A DNA stretch of 63,870 bases, counting the filler, from Cercozoa sp. M6MM (Eukaryota; Protista; Endomyxa: Ascetosporea): NCBI GenBank assembly GCA_040357565.1. It is 14 parts of 14 records of this genome, joined end to end, with 100 filler letters (N's around TTAATTAATTAA, not from the genome) between each part and the next. Parts side by side here need not be neighbours in the genome. Positions count along the whole stretch, not along the records: positions 19,118 to 25,904 come from JBDODJ010000694.1; positions 26,005 to 29,313 come from JBDODJ010001507.1; positions 29,414 to 35,039 come from JBDODJ010000871.1; positions 35,140 to 39,883 come from JBDODJ010001063.1; 10 more parts are not named here. One strand, written 5' to 3'. Positions within the stretch are counted from its first letter, which is position 1; each line of letters opens with the position of its first letter. Below, piece after piece: positions 23,699-35,161 of this stretch. The notes below the pieces were generated by a model. That model was not told the DNA's origin. It worked only from the letters and a program-made list of their open reading frames with translations, and did no database searches. A program made the translations under genes and the position numbers.

Positions 23699-25842
23699 TC
23701 AAGGCGTTTTTGGTATCAGTAACATGCATCCGGAAAGTTCTCGTACAGGCAAGTTTAGACTGGCGATATTCTGCACCAGGGCGACAGCGGCCTTGAGAGT
23801 GCTGACGTAGTAGCCTGCGGCACTTAACTTCAGCCGTTTGCCCTACACACCCAATTTTCGCACAGAGGAAGGAAGCGAGGACGACTGAGTGGCACCATAT
23901 GAGCATCCACAAGTTCCAGTTCCGCCAACAACGACGGCACCTGCGCACGCACGACACAGAACGCAAACAGCGCCAACAAGTCGTCGCCGCCAATCATCAG
24001 CCCCTCTACACAGACGACAGCATTGTACAGGGAAAATATACCAGCACACACACAGAAAACCCAGATGTGACAGCAGGGTACCTTTGGAATTGCCATAATG
24101 TCGGTCCACGCAGCGGCACAGCGCTCGTGACATCTCCACAATCTGTGTAAAGACAAATATGGGCAACAGGTGCATACTAGGAACGGGCAAGGAGAAGCGT
24201 ACGGCATCGATCTTTTGCAGGGGCGCGCGACACCGCGTGATGGCGCGAAGAATCGACACCGCCTCTTCGTAGCCTGTAGTCGGTAGTCCGCGTGTACAGA
24301 TGGAGAGGCAGTAAGAAGTAGGTACCGTCGCTACGAACAGCGTCCGCGTCGTCGCTGGCGTCGCGACTGCAACTAACGCTGCCGCTGGTATCGAGTGCCG
24401 GATCCGGCAGCAGCATCGGCGGCAAGTTCGCAGCTGCTCCCACCTACGCACAGGTGCCACAGCGTGCTTTCCTGTTAGAATACATTAGAATACATAATCG
24501 CACGACGTACACGGTTGCCGGTGAAACTGAGACCACTCTGGCGCGGTGTGGCCACTCGATTTGACTACACACATACACACATACACCTTGCTTTGCAGGG
24601 CACCGGAAGAATGACATTCATCTACCTTCATCACGATGGGCTGCGACGGCAGCAGCGGCGATGGACGCGAGGCACCCAGCGGCAACGTTCCAATCGACAA
24701 TGTGCCTACGTTTCCCTCTATATGTCACATCGGTGCACTTTACGGGGGAGTACCGCCGAGAGGAAGCGTGTGCGGCGACGGACTGCGAATCGCGCTTAAT
24801 GACGGTGACCGAGCGGCCATCTCTGCAGGCATATGGCAGGCAAACGAATGCACAAACACAGGAGGAAGGAGGGAAGGAGAGGGAGCACCTGCGAATGTGG
24901 AACTAGGCGGCAGCACCACTGGCGGCGGTTCTCGTCTGGTCGTTCCGCCTGTGCCGGAGCGCTGCTTATCCCCCCGACGACCAGCACCGTGCAGATGAGG
25001 AACCGGCACTGGCATGGGCGACAGCGGTGTCAGTGCAACTCGAGGAGGTGCCTGCACAGTCACTCTTTCCATCTGCCTCGTTGCTTGCTATGTGCACGCA
25101 CCTCAACTTACCACGGGAAGGTCAACACTGTCGAGTCGAAAGTTGTCGCGACGTGGCGTTCGGAACGGTCGCTGTCTGAGTGTGTACAGGAAGTTGCGTA
25201 CACGTTAGAGCAAAAGCACAGAGGCTCGGTACGAGTGCACATCTTCAGCAACATCCAACTGCAACTCGGGCGACACCTAGTCATGCAATGCAATGGAAAA
25301 ACACCGCTGGAATACTATGACACGTAACTCTTTCCATAAGATACAAGTAGATCGGCAGTCGTCAAGTCGCGCAGTTTCTCGCAGCGTCGCGTGAACATAG
25401 TGTCGCGTCCGTAGCCTGCACAGCAGCATGTACATACAAGCGCTTGTGCAACACAGAAAGGATACAGTACTCTTAAGCGAGAAGAGTGCCAAAAGGGTCG
25501 GCTGCACCGCATCAAACGTCACGTGGTGCACGCTGCGGCAACACACAGACACACACACACCTAGTTGCGATTGAACACGCTTTTTTGCGAGTGCGCACCT
25601 GCGCCATACGGCGGCGTGCAGGTGTCGCAGTGTGCCTGCACAAGCGCACATGCCCAGGAGCATATATACAAGGACACAGATACCGTCGGAGTAATCGCCA
25701 TCCTCCTCCTCCACTACATCCTGCATACATCCGTATGTACAACCGTATCTATTAACTCCCCAAGACAGCACATGGGGCACCTGGGAGGACTGATGGTTCG
25801 AATGACGCGTTTTCGGAGTCGTTTCCGGAAAGATCTTTGTTA
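23699..25842 (-). CDS. VPS9-domain Rab5-family GEF (5' truncated)
   Basis: YEEAVSILRAI..APLQKI, IGGDDLLALFAFCVVRAQVPSLLAEL and AAGYYVSTLKAAV match the VPS9 signature motifs. Confidence 0.85.
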
Positions 25843-26175
25843 CCTGTGTCCATACATACAGACATACCTATATATAATACATGTACATATATATATATAT
25901 ATATNNNNNNNNNNNNNNNNNNNNNNNNNNNNNNNNNNNNNNNNNNNNTTAATTAATTAANNNNNNNNNNNNNNNNNNNNNNNNNNNNNNNNNNNNNNNN
26001 NNNNCATACATACACACCACACATACATACACACATACATACACACGTGCAACATACATACACACCACACATACATACACACCACACATACATACACACC
26101 ACACATACATACAGACATAGATACATACAGCATACATACACATACACACGCCAACACAAAGCCCAACCGCCAGCT

Positions 26176-26365
26176 ACCTGATCATGACGGTGCAGGCGCC
26201 GCAGCCGCCCTCGCCGCAGCCGATCTTGGTGCCCGTGAGACGCATGTGCTCGCGCAGAAACGTCGCCAGTGTCATCGACGACTTTGTCAGCAGAATCGAA
26301 GCGTCCGCGCGGACGCCGTTTACGTAGATCGGCACATCCGACGCCTCTTTCAGCGAGTGCAGCAT
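26176..26365 (-). CDS. XDH: Xanthine dehydrogenase/aldehyde oxidase N-terminal 2Fe-2S domain (3' truncated)
   Basis: IYVNG...[32 protein letters not shown]. Confidence 0.85.
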
Positions 26366-26889
26366 CTCCTCTCACTTCGCTTGCGACACAACAAAAAATA
26401 CCCACACCCTTGCAAAAACACAAAAAGTCACCTGCTTGCGCGACCTCTAAGCTTGCTTCTGTACCTTAACTGTATCCGGGTTGCGCTTGACGCGACCCGT
26501 TCGATCAAAAGAGGGAGAAAGACCACTTTTGTTTTTTCTGCCAGTGGGTGGGTCGCTGTCTGTTGTGCGGTGATCGTTTGCGTTGGTTCTTTATTTTTTG
26601 AAACGATATCATCATGCAGGTAACACAATCTGGACTGTTGCTGCATCTTTGTGGCGATGCGACAAACAGCTTTAGTTCGTACAAGTAGTGCGAGAATAGG
26701 AAGCCGACTTCAAAGAAGGCCGACGTTGAAAAATTGTCTATCGCAGCAGAAAAATCCTCGTCCGTGCCTTAAAGGCTTCAAACTTTTCACTTTAAACACA
26801 CCTGATGTCATGTTCCGCGCGGAGGATTGGATTGATACAGAGAGAATGGTCGAGATTGACCAGCAAAAAAGAAAAAACTAGAACAGAGT

Positions 26890-27774
26890 TTAATGGCGTC
26901 CGTACTGCGGCAGCTCAGCCTCTAGAGTGGCGAAAAAGTACTCCTTGCCGTTGATACTGGCGAGACCTGCAGACACAAAAACGTGCAATCAAAAGTGACC
27001 GTGGCGAACAGAGGTACAGTTTTGCAGGCACAAGCGAGTGCGCCCGGTGGCGTTGTCGACGTCAACTTCATGCACAGCACAGGCCAGAGTATTGCGGCAG
27101 CGCAACTCGACAGCAGCAAAATCGTCATCCTCTCCATCCGCCGCGTCCTTCAAAAATGCAGGCAACAAATATCCTCCCCCCCCCAGAAGAAAACAAATCT
27201 ACGAAATCATCATCTGAGTCGAGATCAAGCTGCGCGAGTTCTTCGATCGTTGTGACTGGTGGGAGTGACGCGTCGTAGTTGCTTGGTTTGCTGGGCTCAG
27301 CAGTGGTCTGACCACTTGACACTGCTGAGACCTCAGTTGGACGCTCTCTCGCAGGCTCGCCTGCCGGCACAGCACCCGCTCTCGCCATGCGTTTCTTCAC
27401 CTGAGACAAGGCAAGATAAATTTCAGCTATTCTGCGTGGAGTAAGCACCCTTACCATTGCATTGCGGCGTGCTGTGCGTACTTCAGCCTCGTCAATCACT
27501 GTGTCAAACTCCTGCATTTTTAATTTAAGGGGTCAGTCAGGGCTTCCACGCGGAGGCAAAAAAAAACTAACCTGCAAGCGTTGTTGCCATCTGTGCTCCA
27601 GAAGCAGTTTGGTCTGCTCGATTTCGGACTCTGCGACACGCCGATCGCGCAATTGCTCCACAACGTTCGCTATCACGCGCTGCGTATGTCAAAACATGAT
27701 GAGGCATACGGGAAAAACTAACAACGGACCTCACGGACACGCTCGTACAAAGTGCGCAGGTACGCTTGCGCCAT
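26890..27774 (-). CDS. Transcription factor IIA large subunit (alpha/beta), divergent
   Basis: N-terminal helices LRTLYERVRERVIANVVEQLRD..EQTKLLLEHRWQQRL, an acidic linker DLDSDDDF, and C-terminal strands NTLACAVHEV...LCLQN|GLASINGKEYFFATLEAEL, as in TOA1/GTF2A1. Confidence 0.7.
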
Positions 27775-28022
27775 CGTTGCTTCTTCATTTCCGAGCGCCT
27801 GCTCGCGTGGGCGCTTTTCCGTCCGCGCGGGCGGGGCAACCCGCAGCTCAAAACTCGGGAGCTCTAAACCCGGTAACTGCATCTAAAGATATTTTTAAAC
27901 CCAGAAAAGCTCACGCGGGCTCTCTAAACAAGCTCTGGCGATCAAGGGAAGTGGGTTGTAGCCAGCCGGGAGGAATCGCGTTTTCGGTTTGACTGCCCCA
28001 CAGAGGCAACGGGAAATCCTCA

Positions 28023-29278
28023 ATGCGTGCACGTGTGATGTTGCGCTCACTGGGGCGGCGAAATTTCGCGGCAAAGTGGGTCGATCAGATCGAGCAGATG
28101 CGAAAATGAAAAATAAACGCAATTTTGCAAGTGTTGATGCGTGTGTGTTGTTGGCAGCCGGGTCTACGTGCTGGCCAGTCATGGAAAGCTGTCATACCTT
28201 AAAAGGTGGGACGCTGTTCAGGACGCACTCACGGTAGTATCCAGTTTATTGTTGTCAGGAGGGTGACAGGTATCTCCAAATTAGGTGGACGACACGGCGT
28301 CGTTCCGAGTGTTCTCGAGCATGAAGCTCGCCAAGGAGTACACGACTGCCCAACCCACGAAACATGATGTTGTACTTTTGTTCTTTTTAGCTTTTTATTC
28401 CGCTCCCCCCCCCCCCCCCCCCCCGGTCAGGCGGACGATGTGCCGCCATTGATCGATGAGTATGTCGAGTCGATCCGACCGACCGAAGCGATCGCGTTCA
28501 CCGACGGTTCGGTTCGAGAGCATCCGGGCGCTGCGGCTCTTATCATAGTATACTCTCATTACTCCAGTTGACCCTAGCCTGTTTACCCCCTTCCCCCAGT
28601 CGCCGAGCGAGATCACAGGCGTGCCTCTGATTGATCGCGAGCGACACTGGCTACTGCGGCAGATCGACAGTCAGAAAGGCTCAGTGCCCGACACAGTGGA
28701 GATCATCGCCATCGGTCTCGTGCTGGAGCATGCGCTGGAGTGCTGGGGCGTACGTCTCCCCCTCCTGTCCTTCTATTATTGATACACTTCCCTCCTACCG
28801 CTGTATAGCCGCCGAGTGAGGAGAAGATAAAGAAGCAGAAGAGCGAGCTGTGGCAGCAGAGCGAGGCCTATGCGCGACTGCAGTGCCGACAGGAACTGAC
28901 GCAGGCTCTGCAAGAACTGGAGCAGCGTCTGACGCAGTCGCCGCTGCCTCAACTCCGGAAGCTATGCCGCGAGCAGCAGGTCAGTAGCATCGGCACGCCC
29001 AGCTCCCTGCGACAGCGTCTCATTGCGCTGCAACATCGGCAGGCTGCCTCCGCCGTTGTCACACGTGCCGCCCAGACTCGCTACGAGGAGAAGCTACGTC
29101 TCTTCAATGCGGTTTGTTCTATCTTACCCCCCTACCCCCCCCTATACCCCCCCCCCCCCAGGAGTGCGCCAAGTTGAAGCAGCGCGCGCGGCCGCGACTC
29201 AACATTTTCACGGACTCGTCAGCAGCGATTCGCTTGTTCAACAAGGAAACGCCTGCCAAGAGTTCCGTCAGCGAGCGG
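28023..29278 (+). CDS. Ribonuclease H1-like protein with presequence, hybrid-binding domain and inserted SAP domain (3' truncated)
   Basis: Spliced: MRARVMLRSLGRRNFAAN (presequence-like), RVYVLASHGKLSYLKRWDAV..VDDTASFRVFSSMKLAKEY (HBD), IAFTDGS, VEIIAIGLVLE, SAP-like LPQLRKLCREQQVSSIGTPSSLRQRL, then LNIFTDSSAAI. Confidence 0.8.
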
Positions 29279-29413
29279 GTGCATTTACTCCCTTTCCCTC
29301 TTACCCCCCCCCCNNNNNNNNNNNNNNNNNNNNNNNNNNNNNNNNNNNNNNNNNNNNTTAATTAATTAANNNNNNNNNNNNNNNNNNNNNNNNNNNNNNN
29401 NNNNNNNNNNNNN

Positions 29414-29516
<103 letters not shown>

Positions 29517-29573
29517 GACAGACAGCACAGACACAGACACAGACACACACACACACACACTCACACAGCCTTA

Positions 29574-32500
29574 CATTTTGAGCGGCGGACGCAGACAACC
29601 GCCACACGCACATACGTTCGTGTTTCGACCAGACTGACTGCACAATGAATAGATGTACTGTACAAGTTTGATTCAAAATCTATCAACTGCCAAAGGAAAG
29701 TACCACAAAAACATCGGGCAACGAATCGAGCTGAGTTGTCGCATGCAGCGTGATGCAGGCAAAGCGCAGCTGGACGTGAGCGCTGCCTGCGGGTGTGTTT
29801 GTTTCCAATTCGATTTGTAAATTTACAGTGGACAATAGATTTAAAGATATACCGTTTTGTAACCGATATTTGTCGGATTGCACTTTGTAATCCCCGCACT
29901 CTGATAAAAACTTGAAAAATGGAAGGAGCGCAGAAAATGATGACAATGAAAGTACTTTGGACCTACCTAAAGTGAAAGAAACTCGTTCCGTGAACGATCC
30001 TACGCATGTAAATTGAGAGACTGACTGTGACTAAAAACAAATACAAATCGATCGATGACAGTTGTAATGTACCACAACAGGCTGCCAGAGCAAAGAGATC
30101 GCAGTGCACGTCGTACGCGCACTCTTTGGTGCTCTTCGAGCCAGCTAATATGCGTTCAGCGAAACCAATCAAACAACCACTGGAGCCAAGAGATTCAATT
30201 TACCAGAGGGTTCGCTGTCGGTATTCGTGAGTGTCACCTTTGCTCTTGCTACAGTAAAAGGCCTTTTGTCTACAAAACACACTTTCACGATCCAGCGCAA
30301 AATGATTCACCAAGCCAACGTGTCTGAGCATCGTCACTGTAAAAGTGCAGCCACCTAAGGGACATCACAAGAGGACCTTTAATCTACTCCCTTGACCCTT
30401 TTACCCCCCCCCCCCTAACCCCCTTCTGCATCTCCACAGAAATTAATGTTTTAAGAACGCACTTGTGCACAAGAGGCAGCTGAATCAGCGGGATTCGTTT
30501 CTCCGACACCTTCTTTTCCCGTGTCCTAAGCAAGGCAAAAAACAACAGTTTGACTTCAATTGCCTGACAGGAGAGCGACTGATTGATTTTGAGGCCAAGT
30601 TGAATACCACAACTCGACGAAAACGTAGTCATAGTCTCCGGTGTTTTCCGACATGATGACACTCGCACAGTTATTCGCACACTTTGCTCGAGTTTTGCCG
30701 CAGCTACATAAAATTGCATTGTTTTCTATCAGAGCCAACTTCCAGCTTAAGATTTATTCGAATTGGTACCGCAGAAAGAGGGCGAACTCCGAGGAAGATC
30801 GAGGAGAGCGATGCATCGCGTGGACCTAATAAGCAGCATGCTTGATATGACTCAAGGTGATAATGGACACAGGCACATTCAATCTGATCGGTGTTGCGTC
30901 AAGGTTCTCGGCATCTACAAAACGTCCAAGCCTCGTTCGTTGTTGTGTTAAGGCCACAGTCAACAAAATCTGGCAGTACCGTCAGCAGAGTTGAAGGCAA
31001 GGGTCAAGGATTTCTGCCGAGCAACGCCACATCGAAAACAATGAAACCCAAAGCTCGGAAAAGATACCAATGAAGACGTAGTTTGCTTTTGACTGAGCAT
31101 TTTTGGTTTCGTTTTGTCATGTTCTTGCACCCTGAGCGACTCGCGACCTGGTCGCAGCACAGAATCAAAAAAAAAAACTGTGACTGGGGCAGCAGGGTGT
31201 ACCCGCGGTCGCACAGTCGACTTTGGTTTTCTCAACGGATGGTGCGCCAGAGAAGAGTGCAGACATTGATCGTCTTCTGCTGGTTGACCTGCGCAAAAAG
31301 CAAGATACTATACACGAAACGAAACTGCTGTTTCTCTTCAAAGGACACACCGACGTCGTCCGATGGTATTGGCATAAAGGGTGTTCAGAATTTTTCCCGG
31401 CACGTATTTCGTAGCTTGACGCAGCAACTCACCGTACTCGTCATTCACTCTACAGTTTCGGTGAACTGGCATCTCTCTTTTATGAATTTAAAGGGTCTGG
31501 AAACCTACCGAAAATCGCGCACGCAGTCCAGTGTTTGCGCGGCCGAGTTCTTAAACTCTGCGCTGCCGTACAGTGTTCTGCACACCTCGAATCCGTCTGA
31601 ACATCAGAAGAGCAGAGTCAGATACCAAGGCTATATTCAGGGCAGGGAAGAAAGGAAGAAGAAAAGGTACAAGGGGACAATTGCCGCTGCGATTGCGATT
31701 TATCGCCAAAGAACGACGCTGCTTGGCGCCAAAACTCGAGCTAAACAAGTTCCAGTTTTTTCTCTTGCACTTTAAACAGTTTTCACCTCGTAAAGCTACC
31801 TTTGGATTCAGCGCGCGGTACAATCGTTTTTGTGTGTTTCTGCATTTTCACAACTGTATAATTTTGCCTAAAAATTCGAGCAAGAGAGATACCTAACAGC
31901 AGAGTCGGCATCGAGGCAGTCGAGCATATGCTCAATGGCGAGTGACGAAGCCAGCAACTCGTAGGCCGCCGTGCACAGCAGGCTGGCGCTTCTGCAAGCC
32001 TGCGCAAGCAAGGGGTAAATGTGCCAAGGGACACGTAAACACCGGGCGGTACCACATTGGCGAGTAGCAGGTGCTCATCCAGTGCAGTCTGCGTACAGAT
32101 TTAGCTTTCAATTTGGGTGTTCCCAAAGAGCAAGAGCACAGGAAACAAGGTACAGCATGCTCGCCAAAGAGAGCGTTTTCGACTGCAGAGACACTTTCGG
32201 CCGGTACACAACGCGCCAACACTGCCTGTGCCTCCCAAATAAGCACCAAGGTATCAAACAGGCAGATCTGGAGAAAACTGAACTACCTCGCGTGAGCACT
32301 TCAGCAGTTCCGGCAAGCACGTCCACACTGGTGCATCAAACTACCAACAACAACTTAACTGTACAGAAACTGAACTGAAAACTGAACATGAACGAGAGCG
32401 GGGAAAACACCTGCACGCGAAAGTTGTGCGCACGCTCACGCAGCTTGTTCAGTAGTGCAATGTGCACACCCAGCGACAGACGCTCGCCCAGCACACTGTC

Positions 32501-33229
32501 TTGCAGGCACGTACATCTGCAGGACGAAGTATTCGGAGTACATTAGCACCGGTGTCAGGAAGACCTTCAGTTTTTACCGACTCATCAGGAGACGTGTCTC
32601 GGCACGCAGCGGACCACCTTGCGGTCTGCCTCGCACGAGCCGCGACAGGTGCAACTCGGCCACTGTGGCCACCAGTAGGCGCATCTCGTGCCTCCGCGCG
32701 GACGGCCAGCTCGCATCTGGGTCTGCTCTGTCCATAAGTACCAATACAAATTCAAAAATTAGGCAGAGACAGCAATTAAGGGACTGCGATACCGCGTGTA
32801 TTCGGAGTGCCAACGAAATAGATCATCGAAAAACGGTCGCAGCGGTGATACGAACTGAGCAGGTCGCAGCTGGTGACCAACTCGAAGCTTGTAGTGTCCC
32901 AATTATACCTCTGACTGACTGTGCAGAAAGTGCACGATCGAGTTGTTTTCGTCCTGCAGCAGCGGCCTAGAAAACAGAACAAACATCGGACTACTTCGAG
33001 TAGAAGTTACAATTTTACCATAGAATGTGTTTTTCAAAGGCCTTTAAACTCAATTCCAGTCCGGCATCAAGCATGGCGCGCTGCGCGCCAAAAACGTCCG
33101 TCTGTACATGAACAAGCACAACAACTCCACAGCGCCACTCACAACCACGTGCGATCAGTGATCACTCACACTGGAGCCGGTTAGAAGCAGCTGAAGTTCA
33201 TGCTCTAAATCACTCGGCAAGGCCTCCAT
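29574..33229 (-). CDS. Many-exon protein with C2-like segments, possibly a divergent ferlin N-terminal half (3' truncated)
   Basis: A consistent chain of minus-strand GT-AG introns. Segments YVFVELW|TREKKVSEKRIPL, RWLHFYS, YDVHCDLF and SLPDVFV|SVWSKHERMCVWRL resemble ferlin C2 regions. Confidence 0.45.
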
Positions 33230-33421
33230 TGTACAGGAGCGTGACTGGTCACGTCACGACACCGCTCGGAGATCTCTGTGCACGATCTTTGTGCACACTC
33301 TGCGGGTTCACATTGTGCCTTTAAAAAACAATCAGCGACTACGGTGGGACCTGTAAGGAAATTTAAGCTGCGCGAAAGTGGTTTTATCGACAAACAATGT
33401 GCCGAGCACGAGAACGGCGTG

Positions 33422-34016
33422 TTAGAACGGAGTAATGGGACGCTGCGCGACGTAGTCGGCGATCTCGGGAATCTGGGCGACCTTGTTGGCAATTGCAATA
33501 AACCTGACAGGGAAAACCTCGTCCGGGAACTTGTCCATCAGGTTGCGCACGTTAAACTGTACACGTGCACACAAAGGGAACCATTGATTACTGACTGACG
33601 TGTCAAGCAAGCGAGAGCGTACGATGGCGAGATCGGCCAGCGAGATTGAGTCGCCGAACAGAAAGTCAGTCCGCACGTTGGTCAGGTACCTGCTGAAGCC
33701 ATCCAAAACCTTCGAGATGTCGCCTTCCGTCGCCTCCTTCTGCGCCTTCTCGACTACGGGCACAGCACATACTCCAGAGACAGATCCAGAGACAGAGCAC
33801 AGCACAGGTGGTACCAGTGCGCTCAGCCTCGGGAAGCGCGAACCAGAAGCGCGCGAATGAGTAGTGCAAGTCGTAGACCTGCAGCAGCAGCGACGTTACC
33901 TCGGCCTGCTTCTCGAGCGAGTCACCTAGCAGCTTGACCGGCGACTTGGCCTTCAGTTATGCAACCCATGAGGAAGAGAGGGAAGGCAGAGGGAAGGTGT
34001 GTGTGTGTGTGCGCGT

Positions 34017-34087
<71 letters not shown>

Positions 34088-34097
34088 NNNNNNNNNN

Positions 34098-34148
<51 letters not shown>

Positions 34149-34312
34149 CGGCCAGGTAGAGTTCGATCATCAGCGACTGCGCGATCTTCGTGCCGTCCTC
34201 AAGCGTCAGCACCGGCAGCTGTACCACAAGGGGCAATTAAGACGGCACCAAATTAAGTGTTAAGTTTTTACCTGACCGAACGGCTGTTCTTCCTTCAACG
34301 CGGGCCAGTCCG
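33422..34312 (-). CDS. Glutathione S-transferase (sigma-like), lacking its N-terminal strand/helix
   Basis: DWPALKEEQPFGQ|LPVLTLEDGTKIAQSLMIELYLA, FLFGDSISLADLAI and IPEIADYVAQRPITPF*. Confidence 0.85.
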
Positions 34313-35036
34313 ATGCGTGCCGCAGATCCAATTCGAAGTGGCTACAAACATACACACACCGTCAGTCAGTGTGGGTCAGTGGGTCAGTGGGTCAGTGGGT
34401 CAGTGGGTCAGTGGGTCAGTTGGCACGTGCCTTGAGACCGACGCGCAGACACATGGCCGTCAGGGTGTCAACGGCAACGTTGGTGTAGGCACTGAGTAGC
34501 ACCTTGGTTTTACCCCCCTGTTGACCTGTCAGCAGACGTCGCACCAGGTGTGCCGTCGTGTAGGTCTTGCCTGTGCCAGGCGGTCCCTGCACCAGCGACA
34601 CGGCCTGTCTCCGCGCGTTCGATACCGCTCGCTGCTGCGACTCGTTCAGTCCGCTGTCCTCTTTCTCTCCTACGGGGGAGGGGGGTAAGGGAGGTAAGGG
34701 GGTAAGGGGTAAGGGGGTAACGGGATAAGGCGGTAAGGGGGTAGGGGGGTAAGGGAATAAAAGTACCAAACTCCAACAGATCGAATTCTGTGTGGTTCGA
34801 TTTGATTTCCTCGAACACTTCCGTCTTGTCCAGATCTTTGCAAGGGGTAAGGGGGTAAGGGTAAGGGCAGGGGTAGGGCAAGGGTAGGGGTAAGGGCAAG
34901 GGGTAGGGGTAAGGGTAAGGAGTAGGGGTAGGGTTAAGGGGGTTATACCTCCCACGAGACACTGCAGCAACTGCACCGGCACACTTGTTGACGGTTCCTG
35001 CAGCTTGTCCAACGCCTCGCGCATGCGCTGTGGCAA
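34313..35036 (-). CDS. UPF1/IGHMBP2-like SF1 helicase fragment (Q motif, motif I, motif Ia)
   Basis: LNESQQRAV, LVQGPPGTGKT, SAYTNVAVD and GLK|PLRIGSAARI, the last through a GC-AG intron at 34342-34430. Confidence 0.85.
34369..34420. repeat. Intronic octamer tandem repeat (CTGACCCA)n on the sense strand
   Basis: GTGGGTCA repeated on the + strand within the helicase intron. Confidence 0.85.
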
Positions 35037-35161
35037 ACANNNNNNNNNNNNNNNNNNNNNNNNNNNNNNNNNNNNNNNNNNNNTTAATTAATTAANNNNN
35101 NNNNNNNNNNNNNNNNNNNNNNNNNNNNNNNNNNNNNNNGGGGGGGGGACAGACAATACCA

